Shown piece after piece: positions 8,533 to 18,833 of a stretch of DNA of 64,000 nucleotides. Under the pieces are notes generated by a model. It was not told the origin of the DNA. It saw nothing but the letters and a program-made list of their open reading frames with translations, and did no database searches. The DNA comes from Candidatus Bathyarchaeota archaeon RBG_16_48_13 (lineage in GTDB: Archaea; Thermoproteota; Bathyarchaeia; RBG-16-48-13): NCBI GenBank assembly GCA_001775995.1, contig MEZH01000007.1, positions 200,714 through 264,713 on the forward strand. Reading direction: 5' to 3'. Positions within the stretch are counted from its first letter, which is position 1. Each line of letters opens with the position of its first letter. Position numbers and translations under genes: made by a program.

Positions 8533-11500
8533 TCAATTCTTGTTTTCGTTTTTTGGGACCACGGAGGCCATGTAGAGCTCCACCAAGCCTGTGCCAACTG
8601 GAACGCTTTGCCCAACTATTACGTTTTCAGTTACACCCTTAAGCATGTCGCTCTGTCCTCTTAATGCTGCTTCTATTAGAGATGGTACAGTGATTTCAAA
8701 AGCGGCTCTAGCTAGTACGCTTGCTTTCTCGCCACTTACACCATGGCGACCTATCTGATGAACCTCACCCATAGAGGTCATGACATCGGCCACTAGCATA
8801 ACGTGCCTTATGTCGACGTCAAGTCCTTGTTCCTCGAGAACGTTCATTGCCTCTCGGATAATGGAATTCCGAGCGGCTTCAATTCCCAATGTCTCGGCAA
8901 TTTCATGAATATTGTTCGATACTATGTGGGACGGATCCACTCCTGGGACTTTCATGACTTTCGAAAGGTTTGAGCCATCGGTATATATTACCCATTTTCC
9001 CTTCTCCTCGACCAAAAGGACCCTCCGGATCCCAGGTATACCCAAAAGGTGGAGCGAGAATACTTTTGAGTAGAGTTTTCCAAGGTTCAGTGCGGTCTTT
9101 GGTCTTATTGTCAGGATGTTCTCATTCAGAGACGTTTCGCAATCAGGAATCTTTATTATCTCCCTTATCTTCTCCGCCGTGAGCCCTCTGTCTTTGAGCA
9201 TTGAATCATCTAGCTCTACAGTCACCGCAACGTCCATAGGGTCTATGAAGATCTTTTTGGCCACGTCTTCAACTGAAGTATATATGACTCTCTGAGCTAC
9301 TTCCGTTGCTTTTTCTTTGCTAACCTGATGTTCCTTATCAAGGCTAATCGTCATGACTGGTGTGGAAGGGTTTCTTCGAGCATCAACAATCTCTATGAGT
9401 CTTGGCAAACCCAATGTAACGTTTCTCTCCTTGACGCCCGCATAGTGAAATGTTCTGAGCGTCATTTGGGTTCCAGGTTCACCTATGGATTGAGCGGCTA
9501 CTACTCCCACTGCCTCACCGGGTTCAACTAAGGCTTTTCTGTAATTTTCAGCGGCTAATTCTATTATGTTGTCGATTTTTTTCTTCTCAAAATTGGCTTC
9601 GGAGAGCCCTTTTTCAAGCTCGGATAATAGAGAGACTGGAAGTTTTTCTCTGTAAACATCGAGCTTCTTTGTTATATAGCTCTTATCTGACATTCCCTCT
9701 TCTTTAGCATCAATCTTGAAGATGTCGATTAGCCGTTCGACATTGACTGCCTTACCATGATCACTCTTCGCTGGGTCCACACCATCCTCGCCGTATACCA
9801 GTTGTATTATATTGCCTTTGGAATCTCTGATCGTCCCATCATATTCTGCCTTAAGGTGCTCCAGCGCATTTATGAGCCTTCTCTGCATGTAGCCACTCTG
9901 CTGAGTTCTCACAGCGGTGTCCACTAGCCCTTCTCTGCCGCCCATAGCGTGGAAAAAGAATTCTATGGGATTCAACCCGTCTCTATAGCTAGTGTAGACG
10001 AAACCTCTAGCCTTTGGACTAGGGTCGCCTGGCAAAAAGTAGGATAAAGCTCGGTCTCGATATCCTCTAAGAATTCTCTTCCCCCGGACTGCTTGTTGGC
10101 CTATGCAGGCTGTCATCTGACCGATGTTCAAGCTAGAACCGCGAGCCCCGCTACGAGTCATTATGACGCCTTCATTGTCTATAGTGAAGTATTTGTCCGC
10201 AACATCGCCCGATTTATCTCGGGTGGTTGCCAGTTCGTTCATTATGAAAATCTCTAAGGATTCATCAATAGACCTTCCGGGCAATCTTTGGAGTGTCCTT
10301 GACTTATACTTCTCTATAAGATCTTGGACCTTAGTTTCAGAATTGGATATGACTTTGTCGATCTTCTTTCTCGCCTCCTTAGAGAGATCCAATTCACCCA
10401 AGGAATAGGTGAATCCTCTCATGGTAATGAAGGCGGTAGCTAGTCTGCAAATCGAGTTCAAAAATTTCCGGGCTTCTTCCGATCCATAATCCTTGACTAT
10501 CCTGTGATATATGCTGTCGGATTTCTCGGCACCAATGGAGTTCTTGTCTATTCTCCCCATTTCGAGGAGACCATTTTTGATTATCACCGGCGACGTCTCA
10601 GATCTTTGGACATAATTGAAATCCTTCGGAATGAAGCAACTAAAAAGCTGCCGTCCACTCCACATCGGCTGGGGGTCTTTGACAACCGGTTCAGGCAGTT
10701 CTCCTTGATAGTCAGCGGCGGTGAGAAGATTACAGACTACCTCTTTCGGCAGCAGAGTCTCATCTGAAGTCAGTATGAAAGAGGAACTGAGGAAATCCCT
10801 GATCGCGCCAATAATTGGCCCACCGTAACGAGGAGAAAGAATCTGATCCTGAACCAACATCAATATTCTAGCTTCTGTTTGGGCTTCTTCACTTTGCGGG
10901 ATGTGTAGATTCATCTCATCCCCGTCAAAGTCTGCGTTGTACGGTGGACAGACAGATAAATGCAAACGGAAGGTTTTGTAGGGAAGAACTCTAACCCGAT
11001 GCGCCATTATGGACATCCGGTGTAGCGATGGTTGTCGATTAAAAACCGCTATGTCGCCGTCCTTCAAATGCCTCTCCACGACAAAGCCGTATTGGAGGGT
11101 TTCGGCCAATTTGTCCCGCTCGGACACGAATTCCAGTCTAATACGTTTTCCGTCGGGTCGCAGAATGTAGAGAGCGCCGGGATATTTCTCAGGCCCATTC
11201 AAAATATATTGTCTCAGTTCTTCCATGTTCCAAGTGGCAACCTTCTCAGGAACTGTAAGGCGCATAGCGACATCTAATGGTACTCCCACTTCGTTAATGT
11301 CTATGTTTGGATCGGGGGATATTACGGTTCGTGCAGAGAAGTCGACTCGTTTTCCGGAGAGATTGCTTCTAAAACGTCCTTCTTTTCCTTTCAAGCGTTG
11401 TGAAATTGTCTTCAAAGCCCGTCCTGAGCGGTGACGGGCTGGAGGTATACCAGATGCTTCATTATCAAAGTAGGTCGTGACATGATATTGTAAGAGCTCC

Positions 11501-12315
11501 GAAAGATCCTGAATTATCAAGGTTGGTGCTCCAGCGTCGATATTCTCTCTCAGTCTCTGGTTGATTCGAATTATGTCAACCAACTTATGCGTCAAATCAT
11601 CCTCGGATCTGATTCCAGATTCCAGAGTTATTGATGGTCTAACGTAGACAGGTGGTACAGGAAGGACCTGTAGGACCATCCATTCAGGCCTGGCTGCATT
11701 GGGTTCTATGCCGAAAAGGATGAGGTCATTCACGCTGATCCTTTCAAGCCGCTCCCGAATCATAGCTGGAATGAGGCGCATCGCGCCTCCGCCCTCAAGG
11801 ATCTCGTGAAATGTTGTAGGTTTGCTGAATTCGATCTTGTATTGTCTGGCACCGCAATAGTAGCATTCCGTGTTCTTCTTGGCTTCCTTGACAACTGATA
11901 CATAGAAACTGTCAGTAATGTACCCCATTATTCTTTTCTCTTCTTCAGCTTGGCCTAGGAACTCCTTGACCCTTTCTTCGCTTAGAAGAACTCTACCACA
12001 GTCTCTACATGTACTAGATAGCAAGTCATGGATTTTCTTGGCAAAAGCGACATGAACAACGGGAGCAGCCAACTCGATATAGCCAAAGTGACCAGGACAC
12101 CGAGCTGCAGTATTCCCACATGTCTTACATCTCTGGCGTGGCTCTAATGTCCCCAATCGCCCATCCATAAGACCTGATGTTATAGGAGCTCCGTCTTCAT
12201 CGTACGTATCTGCCGTCTGTATCTCCACAACCGCAAGTTTTCGGATCTCCTGAGGAGAGAGAACCTTGAACCCTATGCCATCGATTTGCTTATAATAGCC
12301 TTCTTCTGCCGACAT
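8533..12315 (-). CDS. rpoA: RNA polymerase subunit A, unsplit A'+A'' (Rpo1)
   Basis: NADFDGDEMN and RQPSLHRMS, continuing without a stop into the A'' motifs IGEPGTQMTLRTFH and ARAAFE; 1260 aa. Confidence 0.97.
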   Translation of the reverse strand: MSAEEGYYKQIDGIGFKVLSPQEIRKLAVVEIQTADTYDEDGAPITSGLMDGRLGTLEPRQRCKTCGNTAARCPGHFGYIELAAPVVHVAFAKKIHDLLSSTCRDCGRVLLSEERVKEFLGQAEEEKRIMGYITDSFYVSVVKEAKKNTECYYCGARQYKIEFSKPTTFHEILEGGGAMRLIPAMIRERLERISVNDLILFGIEPNAARPEWMVLQVLPVPPVYVRPSITLESGIRSEDDLTHKLVDIIRINQRLRENIDAGAPTLIIQDLSELLQYHVTTYFDNEASGIPPARHRSGRALKTISQRLKGKEGRFRSNLSGKRVDFSARTVISPDPNIDINEVGVPLDVAMRLTVPEKVATWNMEELRQYILNGPEKYPGALYILRPDGKRIRLEFVSERDKLAETLQYGFVVERHLKDGDIAVFNRQPSLHRMSIMAHRVRVLPYKTFRLHLSVCPPYNADFDGDEMNLHIPQSEEAQTEARILMLVQDQILSPRYGGPIIGAIRDFLSSSFILTSDETLLPKEVVCNLLTAADYQGELPEPVVKDPQPMWSGRQLFSCFIPKDFNYVQRSETSPVIIKNGLLEMGRIDKNSIGAEKSDSIYHRIVKDYGSEEARKFLNSICRLATAFITMRGFTYSLGELDLSKEARKKIDKVISNSETKVQDLIEKYKSRTLQRLPGRSIDESLEIFIMNELATTRDKSGDVADKYFTIDNEGVIMTRSGARGSSLNIGQMTACIGQQAVRGKRILRGYRDRALSYFLPGDPSPKARGFVYTSYRDGLNPIEFFFHAMGGREGLVDTAVRTQQSGYMQRRLINALEHLKAEYDGTIRDSKGNIIQLVYGEDGVDPAKSDHGKAVNVERLIDIFKIDAKEEGMSDKSYITKKLDVYREKLPVSLLSELEKGLSEANFEKKKIDNIIELAAENYRKALVEPGEAVGVVAAQSIGEPGTQMTLRTFHYAGVKERNVTLGLPRLIEIVDARRNPSTPVMTISLDKEHQVSKEKATEVAQRVIYTSVEDVAKKIFIDPMDVAVTVELDDSMLKDRGLTAEKIREIIKIPDCETSLNENILTIRPKTALNLGKLYSKVFSLHLLGIPGIRRVLLVEEKGKWVIYTDGSNLSKVMKVPGVDPSHIVSNNIHEIAETLGIEAARNSIIREAMNVLEEQGLDVDIRHVMLVADVMTSMGEVHQIGRHGVSGEKASVLARAAFEITVPSLIEAALRGQSDMLKGVTENVIVGQSVPVGTGLVELYMASVVPKNENKN

Positions 12316-15300
12316 CTAGGCTCGCTCCTTTAGTTTTATCTTGGAAGCAACACACAGGCTCATCATCTCTTGGATGAGGAGTTTGAATGCATATGAAACA
12401 GCTACCGTCGATATATGAGCATCTTCTCCACATACTTTGCACACATATTTTCTCTGCTTGAGATCGAAGTATGAAAGGTAGCCACAACGTTCGCAGACAT
12501 ATATTATGCTCTTATCCGATTCTTCTAGCAAGCGGTCTTTAAGGAGCATTGCTGCACCATGTCCTATCAAACAATCTCGTTCCATTTCTCCAAATCGAAG
12601 ACCACCGCCTCGAGCCCTACCCTCCGTGGGTTGTCGGGTTAGCATTTGGACTTGGCCCCTAGCCCTTGCGTGCATCTTGTCAGCTACCATATGGTGGAGT
12701 TTCTGATAGTAGACAACACCAATAAAAATGTCGGCAACGAATTTCTCTCCGGTCATACCATTGTACATTACTTCGCGCCCGTCAGGTTGGAATCCCATTG
12801 CCCTGAGCGTCTCTCTTATTTGATCCTGTTTCTTATGGTTGAAGGGCGTCCCGTCTTCGAACTGCCCATGGAGCAATGCGTTCTTACCGGCTAGCGATTC
12901 TATAAAATGCCCGATGGTCATACGTGACGGAATAGCGTGAGGATTGATTACTATATCTGGAACTATGCCTTGTTCCGTGAAAGGCATGTCCTCTTGAGTT
13001 ATTACCATTCCCACAACGCCTTTCTGTCCATGTCTAGAGGCGAACTTGTCTCCAAGCTCTGGGATCCTTTGATCTCTCACTTTGACCTTAACCAATTTAT
13101 TTCCTTGAGAAGTCTCGCTTATGAAGACGGAATCAACAACTCCAGCCTCTGCTGGCCTCATGCTGACGGAAGTGTCCCTTCTAGTTGGACCTCTGACTTC
13201 GAACTCCTTATATTCTTCTAGAAATCTTGGAGGACTGGTTCTGCCAATAAGGACATCGCCGCCATTAGTCTGAGCCTCTGGGCTGACTATCCCATCTTCT
13301 TCCAAAAGACGGTAGAATTGTTCTCCGCGAAAACCTCTGATTCCGGGTTCGGGTAATTCGAATTTGTCTTTAAGACCACCAAGATAATGTTGGCACTCGG
13401 CTTCATAAACTCTAAAAAAGGATGACCTGAAAAGTCCACGTTCTATCGATGATTTGTTGAAAACCAGCGCATCTTCCATATTATATCCTTGAAAGGACAA
13501 AACTGCGACAACGGCATTCTGACCTGATGGACGATCATTATAGCCTATTAGCTCCATAGGCTTGGTCTTAACAACTGGCTTCTGCGGATAGTGAAGGAGG
13601 TGAGCTCTGGAATCAACCCTATTTGAGAAGTTAGTAGAAAAAATGCCTAAAGCCTGTTTGGCCATAGCCGCTTCATAGGAATTCCTTGGGGACTGATTGT
13701 GCTCAGCAAACGGAATTATCGACGTGCATATTCCCAAGACTGAGTAGGGCGCGATCTCCAGATGGGTATGTTCAGAAGTTAGTTCATTTAGGTCCAGAGC
13801 GATATATGCGTTCTCTTCCTCGTCTGAATCCAAATATTCTATTATACCATTCTTCACGAGATCGTCCCATTTCCATTCTTCTGCCGAGATTCTATCCAAA
13901 TGTTCCTTCATTAGTCTGGGTATGCCCTTGTCAACTATTATTACTGGCCGCTTGACTCGCCCGGCATCACAGTTTATGTAGATTTCACGACATATGCCGA
14001 TTTCGTTGTTCAAGTAATGCACGAAGTTGACCTCAGAGCTTAAGTCGCCCTTTCGCCTCTTTTCTTTCAGACTTGAGATTATCATGTCAGAGTTATTCGA
14101 GTATCCTACCAATGATCCATCTATGAAAATCTTGGCATAGTCTCGTTTCATCTCTGTGTTTACTGATTCACTCGGAACCATTCCCAGCTGAAAGAGGAAT
14201 TGCCTGATCTCTGAGGAATCAGTCGCGACTGACGTGGAAGCCATAAGGGCCAAATTCTTTACCAACCCGCAGTTCGATCCCTCAGGTGTCTCATTGGGGC
14301 AGAGTCTACCCAAGTGGGTTGGGTGCAGATCTCTAGCCTCGAAGTTAGGCTGGCTTCGGCTAAGTGGTGATTGAAGACGCCTCAAGTGGCTCAAAGTTGA
14401 AAGGTAGTTCGTTCTATCCAAGAGTTGAGTTGTGCCAACCTTGCCTCGCCCCCAGTTACCCGTCGCCAAGGCATGTTGTATTCTCTCGGTGATTATGCTG
14501 GGCCTAACTGCGACCGCTACAACTACGCCTTCCCTTTTCCTTACGTTCATTCTCTCCAGTTGGTATTTGATATCTCGACAGAGATTGCGAAAGGCCATTC
14601 TGAATAGGTCCGCTACGAGAGAACCAGCTAATTTAAGCCGCTTATTGGCGTAGTGATCCTTGTCATCCTCTTTTCTAAGACCCAATTTCAATTCTATAGC
14701 CCTTGCGGCCATCTCACCCAAGAAGATAGCTTTTTCTCGACGTTTTTCGGTAACACGCCCTATATGAGAAAGGAAATTTCTATCTATTATTGATTCGGCT
14801 TTTTTGAATCGGTATTCCTCGACTTGACCATGTGCCACCCTATTTCCAATGTACAATATCGCGTCTTTAACGTTGTTAATGCCAAGTGCTTTCTCGAAAG
14901 ATATCTCAAGTTGATCCTGTATTCTAGAGTCGGAGGAGACAAGTTCGACCAATTCTTTATCCGATTCCATTCCGAGGGATCTCATCAGAACTATCAGCGG
15001 AATCTCAGTCGGAACTCCCGGCATATTCACGTACAACCCACCATCGGACTTGAAGCTCAGTTCTATCCTTGCTCTAAACCCAACAGTGGTAGAGAAGACC
15101 TTTGATCTATATGCGGGTTGAGTTCCGCTGTCATCAATATCCACTAATATCCTGTTTGGTGCTAGATCCTCCAATGCAACTATGACTCTTTCCGAACCGT
15201 TGACCGCAAAGTATCCACCGCAATCGTTTGGATCCTCACCATTTTCTATGAGCTCTTGGTTGGACATCTTCGAGAGAGGACATATGTTTGATTTCAGCAT

Positions 15301-15696
15301 CACCGGGATGTCACCAATATAGACAGATTCAGCCATGCTCTCTTTTCCATCAACTATTATTGACAAGTTGATGTATACAGGGGCTGCATACGTCAGATTC
15401 CGAAGCCTTGCTTCCATTGGATATATAGGATGTTCAGAGCCGTCAACCTCGATGACTCTGGGCTTGAGGACTTCTATTTCGCCCAATTTGATCTTGTAAG
15501 AATACTCAGGTATCTCAATTGGAATCTCGCCTATTTCATTGACTATCTCCTGGAGGCCATATTCCAGAAAATGATTATAGGAGTCCAAATGCTGTTTAAC
15601 AAGACCCTTCTCTTTCAGAAAAGACTTCATCAATATCCACATATTGCGATCAAATGCAGATGATGACATAGCGTTACCTCGAATGGATTCAACCAT
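12316..15696 (-). CDS. rpoB: RNA polymerase subunit B, unsplit (Rpo2)
   Basis: GDKFASRHGQKG, HHMVADKMHARARG and GGLRFGEMERD. Confidence 0.98.
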   Translation of the reverse strand: MVESIRGNAMSSSAFDRNMWILMKSFLKEKGLVKQHLDSYNHFLEYGLQEIVNEIGEIPIEIPEYSYKIKLGEIEVLKPRVIEVDGSEHPIYPMEARLRNLTYAAPVYINLSIIVDGKESMAESVYIGDIPVMLKSNICPLSKMSNQELIENGEDPNDCGGYFAVNGSERVIVALEDLAPNRILVDIDDSGTQPAYRSKVFSTTVGFRARIELSFKSDGGLYVNMPGVPTEIPLIVLMRSLGMESDKELVELVSSDSRIQDQLEISFEKALGINNVKDAILYIGNRVAHGQVEEYRFKKAESIIDRNFLSHIGRVTEKRREKAIFLGEMAARAIELKLGLRKEDDKDHYANKRLKLAGSLVADLFRMAFRNLCRDIKYQLERMNVRKREGVVVAVAVRPSIITERIQHALATGNWGRGKVGTTQLLDRTNYLSTLSHLRRLQSPLSRSQPNFEARDLHPTHLGRLCPNETPEGSNCGLVKNLALMASTSVATDSSEIRQFLFQLGMVPSESVNTEMKRDYAKIFIDGSLVGYSNNSDMIISSLKEKRRKGDLSSEVNFVHYLNNEIGICREIYINCDAGRVKRPVIIVDKGIPRLMKEHLDRISAEEWKWDDLVKNGIIEYLDSDEEENAYIALDLNELTSEHTHLEIAPYSVLGICTSIIPFAEHNQSPRNSYEAAMAKQALGIFSTNFSNRVDSRAHLLHYPQKPVVKTKPMELIGYNDRPSGQNAVVAVLSFQGYNMEDALVFNKSSIERGLFRSSFFRVYEAECQHYLGGLKDKFELPEPGIRGFRGEQFYRLLEEDGIVSPEAQTNGGDVLIGRTSPPRFLEEYKEFEVRGPTRRDTSVSMRPAEAGVVDSVFISETSQGNKLVKVKVRDQRIPELGDKFASRHGQKGVVGMVITQEDMPFTEQGIVPDIVINPHAIPSRMTIGHFIESLAGKNALLHGQFEDGTPFNHKKQDQIRETLRAMGFQPDGREVMYNGMTGEKFVADIFIGVVYYQKLHHMVADKMHARARGQVQMLTRQPTEGRARGGGLRFGEMERDCLIGHGAAMLLKDRLLEESDKSIIYVCERCGYLSYFDLKQRKYVCKVCGEDAHISTVAVSYAFKLLIQEMMSLCVASKIKLKERA

Positions 15697-15943
15697 CTAT
15701 TACGTATCGGTAAGTTATGGCTTCCTTGGCAGTTGGAGACTTTCGTATTATCTTTATGATGTTTCCAGGTTTGGCCTCTACGGCTCTCGCCCCGGGATCG
15801 GAAGCCTTGATGTAGGGAAGCTGATGAGGCACAAAGTGATGGGAAGCCAGTAGTGACTTAACTTCGCTTTCATTCAGCAATACGTGTTTAGGCACTAACT
15901 CATGCTCAAAAATATCAAATTTCTTGTCTTTGCTCTCGACCAA
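15689..15943 (-). CDS. rpoH: RNA polymerase subunit H (Rpo5)
   Basis: HELVPKH, LPYIKASDP and YRYVI. TTG at 15943 preferred. Confidence 0.95.
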   Translation of the reverse strand: MVESKDKKFDIFEHELVPKHVLLNESEVKSLLASHHFVPHQLPYIKASDPGARAVEAKPGNIIKIIRKSPTAKEAITYRYVIDG

Positions 15944-16136
15944 TAAGTAACCCCCGAAAATTGGTGAATGAGAACTCCGTCGAACTATCCTCACCTGAGC
16001 TCCTAAAGAGAGAGTTCCCTAATACGTAGGACTACCATGACTCACAAAGATGATATTAATAAACTTTCTTAATCAGCTGCAAACCAAAGGCTGAAATTAG
16101 CCGTTCCTGATTGAAATGGACTGATAACAACAACTC

Positions 16137-16736
16137 TCAGGCCAGAACCGCTTCGATCAGATATAGAGTCTCGAAGGATAGACTTCGGGTGTCTTTAATC
16201 ACGCCAGAAAGCCCGAACTGTTTGAGATTAGAGAGAGGGTCCACGCCTGATAGAGATGATTGTATGAAGAGAACACGCCCTTTCTTCTTCAGACATGCTT
16301 CAACTCTTCCAAGGAAAGCTGCTATGGTGCGCATCCCTGTTGGTCCCCCATCCCAAGCTTTCGATAGCCAGTCCTTAGTGCGAGCAGCCTCGTCTGGCAA
16401 GTATGGAGGGTTAAAAACTATTAGATCAAACTTTTCACGAGGTTTCAAGGCATTGAACAGATCGCCTAATCTGACCTCGATTTTGCCTTCGAGTCTGTGG
16501 AGAGCGATGTTCATATTGGCGCATGAAACAGCGTGCGGGTTTATGTCAATGGCTAATACTCTCTTTGCTTTCTTAGAGAGAATTATCGCCAAAATCCCAC
16601 AGCCAGTACCCATATCAAGAACCTCTTCTCCTTCAACGCCCTCCAAATTATCTGCAATAAGGTATGAGTCTTCAGCTGGCAGATATGTCTGACTCGTGAC
16701 TTTAATAACAATGTTATTGAACAAGATCTTCTGCAA
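16137..16736 (-). CDS. HemK2/MTQ2-family methyltransferase
   Basis: YLPAEDSYL, LDMGTGCG and FNPPY. Confidence 0.9.
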   Translation of the reverse strand: MQKILFNNIVIKVTSQTYLPAEDSYLIADNLEGVEGEEVLDMGTGCGILAIILSKKAKRVLAIDINPHAVSCANMNIALHRLEGKIEVRLGDLFNALKPREKFDLIVFNPPYLPDEAARTKDWLSKAWDGGPTGMRTIAAFLGRVEACLKKKGRVLFIQSSLSGVDPLSNLKQFGLSGVIKDTRSLSFETLYLIEAVLA

Positions 16737-17577
16737 GATTCCTCTTCACCACATAAATCATGTTTGACAACTCAATAAATTCAGAGGGCGATATCTGATA
16801 CACTCTCTTGCCTAAGTACGGCAACTTTTCTATCAAGGTATTGAGTCCGGACTCGTCTAGCATCAGATTCTTCTTGATAAACTCCTTAATCACTTTCTTG
16901 GATGTCTTGTTTCTTTGTGTGAAGAGTTCTCTGACAAAAAGGCTAAAAAGACTCACATCTAGAGGCTGTAACGAAGGTCCTTCGGGATTCAATCTCACAA
17001 CTGCAGATTCTACTCTCGGGGAGGGAGAGAATACTGCATGATTCACGTATTCTAATATTTCACTTCTAGATTTCAAATGGGCCATTACCGATAAACGACC
17101 ATATTCTTTTGTTCCCTCCTTAGCGATTAGCCTTCTAGCGAATTCTCTCTGAAAAGTGAGGACCATTACTTTGAAGCCGTGCTCAAGTAGTTTGAATAAC
17201 AGAGGAGAAGAGAGTTGGTATGGTGGATTTGACACTACTTTGTCGAAAATCAAGTCCCTTGTTTTCATTATATCTTTTTCGATAAGAACTATGTTTTCTT
17301 TGTTCCCAAGTCTGTCTTTTAGGATTCTCATTAGGTTCGAATCTTTTTCCACGGCAATGACTTTGCCTGCTTTTTCCGACAGCAACTCAGTCAAGAAACC
17401 CAGGCCCGCACCTATCTCCAATACCACATCATCTGAGCAAACTCTTGCGTAGTCTATCATTCTCTTTAGGAGAGCTGAATCCGTGACAAAGTTCTGACCG
17501 AATATCTTTTGAGGTTTTATACCGTACCTAGAGATGATGCGGCTCACATCGTCAGAAATATCCATTAATGGCATCAA
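16714..17577 (-). CDS. rsmA: 16S rRNA adenine dimethyltransferase
   Basis: FGQNF, LEIGAGLG, SNPPY and FSPSPRVES. Confidence 0.95.
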   Translation of the reverse strand: MMPLMDISDDVSRIISRYGIKPQKIFGQNFVTDSALLKRMIDYARVCSDDVVLEIGAGLGFLTELLSEKAGKVIAVEKDSNLMRILKDRLGNKENIVLIEKDIMKTRDLIFDKVVSNPPYQLSSPLLFKLLEHGFKVMVLTFQREFARRLIAKEGTKEYGRLSVMAHLKSRSEILEYVNHAVFSPSPRVESAVVRLNPEGPSLQPLDVSLFSLFVRELFTQRNKTSKKVIKEFIKKNLMLDESGLNTLIEKLPYLGKRVYQISPSEFIELSNMIYVVKRNLAEDLVQ

Positions 17578-17579
17578 CG

Positions 17580-18155
17580 CTATGGAAGACGAGTAAAGAT
17601 CCTGTACTTCGGTTCTTCAGTCAGCTCTTCAAGGATTCTATTGACGACCAGCTTTGATGGATCTGGAATACCAGTTCTTCTCCGGATATCATGAAGGTCC
17701 TTAAATGCCGATCGCTCCCGTTCATTCAATATTTGCCACATATATTTTTTTCCTATTCCCGGCAGCAATTCCAGAGAATGCATGCGAGGGGTTATAGATT
17801 GTGCGTTGTTGAAGAACTCTAGAAATCGGTTCTCATTGCTTCTGACTATCCTCTCTATCACGGAAGGCAATTCGCTCTTTGCGTTGGCCGAAAGTTCATT
17901 GTATTCTATGCGACCAACAATGTGGAGTATTTTATCTCGTATTCCTTCCTTTCCGACGTATACTTTTTCATTTGGGGAGAAAGACACACGAGCTTTCGCC
18001 ACAGCCTCCAGTAAGGTGAAGAAATCTTCGCCTACAAGTTGGACTAGGGCCTCAGCTTTGAAAGACTGCCTTACGGAAGATGGTCTTCCCTGAGGCAGAT
18101 AGTCTAACACGTAGGCGTAACTCTCGTACCTCTTTCTCTCCATAGATGGTCCCAA
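17580..18155 (-). CDS. DUF655 family putative nucleic-acid-binding protein
   Basis: AYVLDYLPQG and ITPRMHSLELLPGIGKK. Conserved position after rpoF. Confidence 0.9.
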   Translation of the reverse strand: MGPSMERKRYESYAYVLDYLPQGRPSSVRQSFKAEALVQLVGEDFFTLLEAVAKARVSFSPNEKVYVGKEGIRDKILHIVGRIEYNELSANAKSELPSVIERIVRSNENRFLEFFNNAQSITPRMHSLELLPGIGKKYMWQILNERERSAFKDLHDIRRRTGIPDPSKLVVNRILEELTEEPKYRIFTRLP

Positions 18156-18181
18156 TCCAAAATTTATATATGGAGAAGAGA

Positions 18182-18520
18182 CTATTCCATTCTATATTCT
18201 TTTAAGGCATTTAATATCTCTTGAAGCTGAGATGTCAAGAGCACTCTGTGTCTTCCTGCGGAGAAGAATACCTGCAACTCCTCGGTGCTTCCTGGCATGC
18301 AGTTAGCGATTTGGATGGCCTCGTTCCTTTCTAGAGAGAATTTGTGAATAAGAAGATCAACGAGCTCTTCGGCTTTACTCTCGTCCAACTTCATGAAATG
18401 GTTCACATATTCATAAGTTCTCAGTTGAAATTGATCCAGCTGGTCCTTTCCCTTTTGATCCAAGAGCATTTTGGTTTCAGCCAGAGTTATGGATTTGTCA
18501 TTCACGATCTTTCCAGGCAT
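18182..18520 (-). CDS. rpoF: RNA polymerase subunit F (Rpo4)
   Basis: ITLAE, QLRTYEY and IANCMP. Synteny rpl21e-rpoF-DUF655-rsmA. Confidence 0.9.
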   Translation of the reverse strand: MPGKIVNDKSITLAETKMLLDQKGKDQLDQFQLRTYEYVNHFMKLDESKAEELVDLLIHKFSLERNEAIQIANCMPGSTEELQVFFSAGRHRVLLTSQLQEILNALKEYRME

Positions 18521-18536
18521 CTTTTTCCCTCAGCTG

Positions 18537-18833
18537 TTAGGTTGATGTATAAAGCTTAAGGTGTTCCGGCCTTGAGATTATAACCTTCTGTCTATCGCCG
18601 TCGGTCACTTGGAGCAGATAAGCTCTTCCTCTTTTTTCTAGAATTGTGCCTATCTTTCCGTGACTTCGCTTATGCGGCATCCCTTTTTGGCAACCTGGAT
18701 CTATACTAATTACCGCTCTGTCACCGGGTCGGTACTCAATCAAAAGTTTGCCTAGGGGTTGCATGCCTTTGCTTCTAGACCTCTTTGTTAGAACGTCCCG
18801 CGTGCTTGAGCGGAATCCTTTAGATTTCGTCAT
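18537..18833 (-). CDS. rpl21e: 50S ribosomal protein L21e
   Basis: SKGFRSSTR, KGMPHKR and RPEHL. Confidence 0.95.
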   Translation of the reverse strand: MTKSKGFRSSTRDVLTKRSRSKGMQPLGKLLIEYRPGDRAVISIDPGCQKGMPHKRSHGKIGTILEKRGRAYLLQVTDGDRQKVIISRPEHLKLYTST

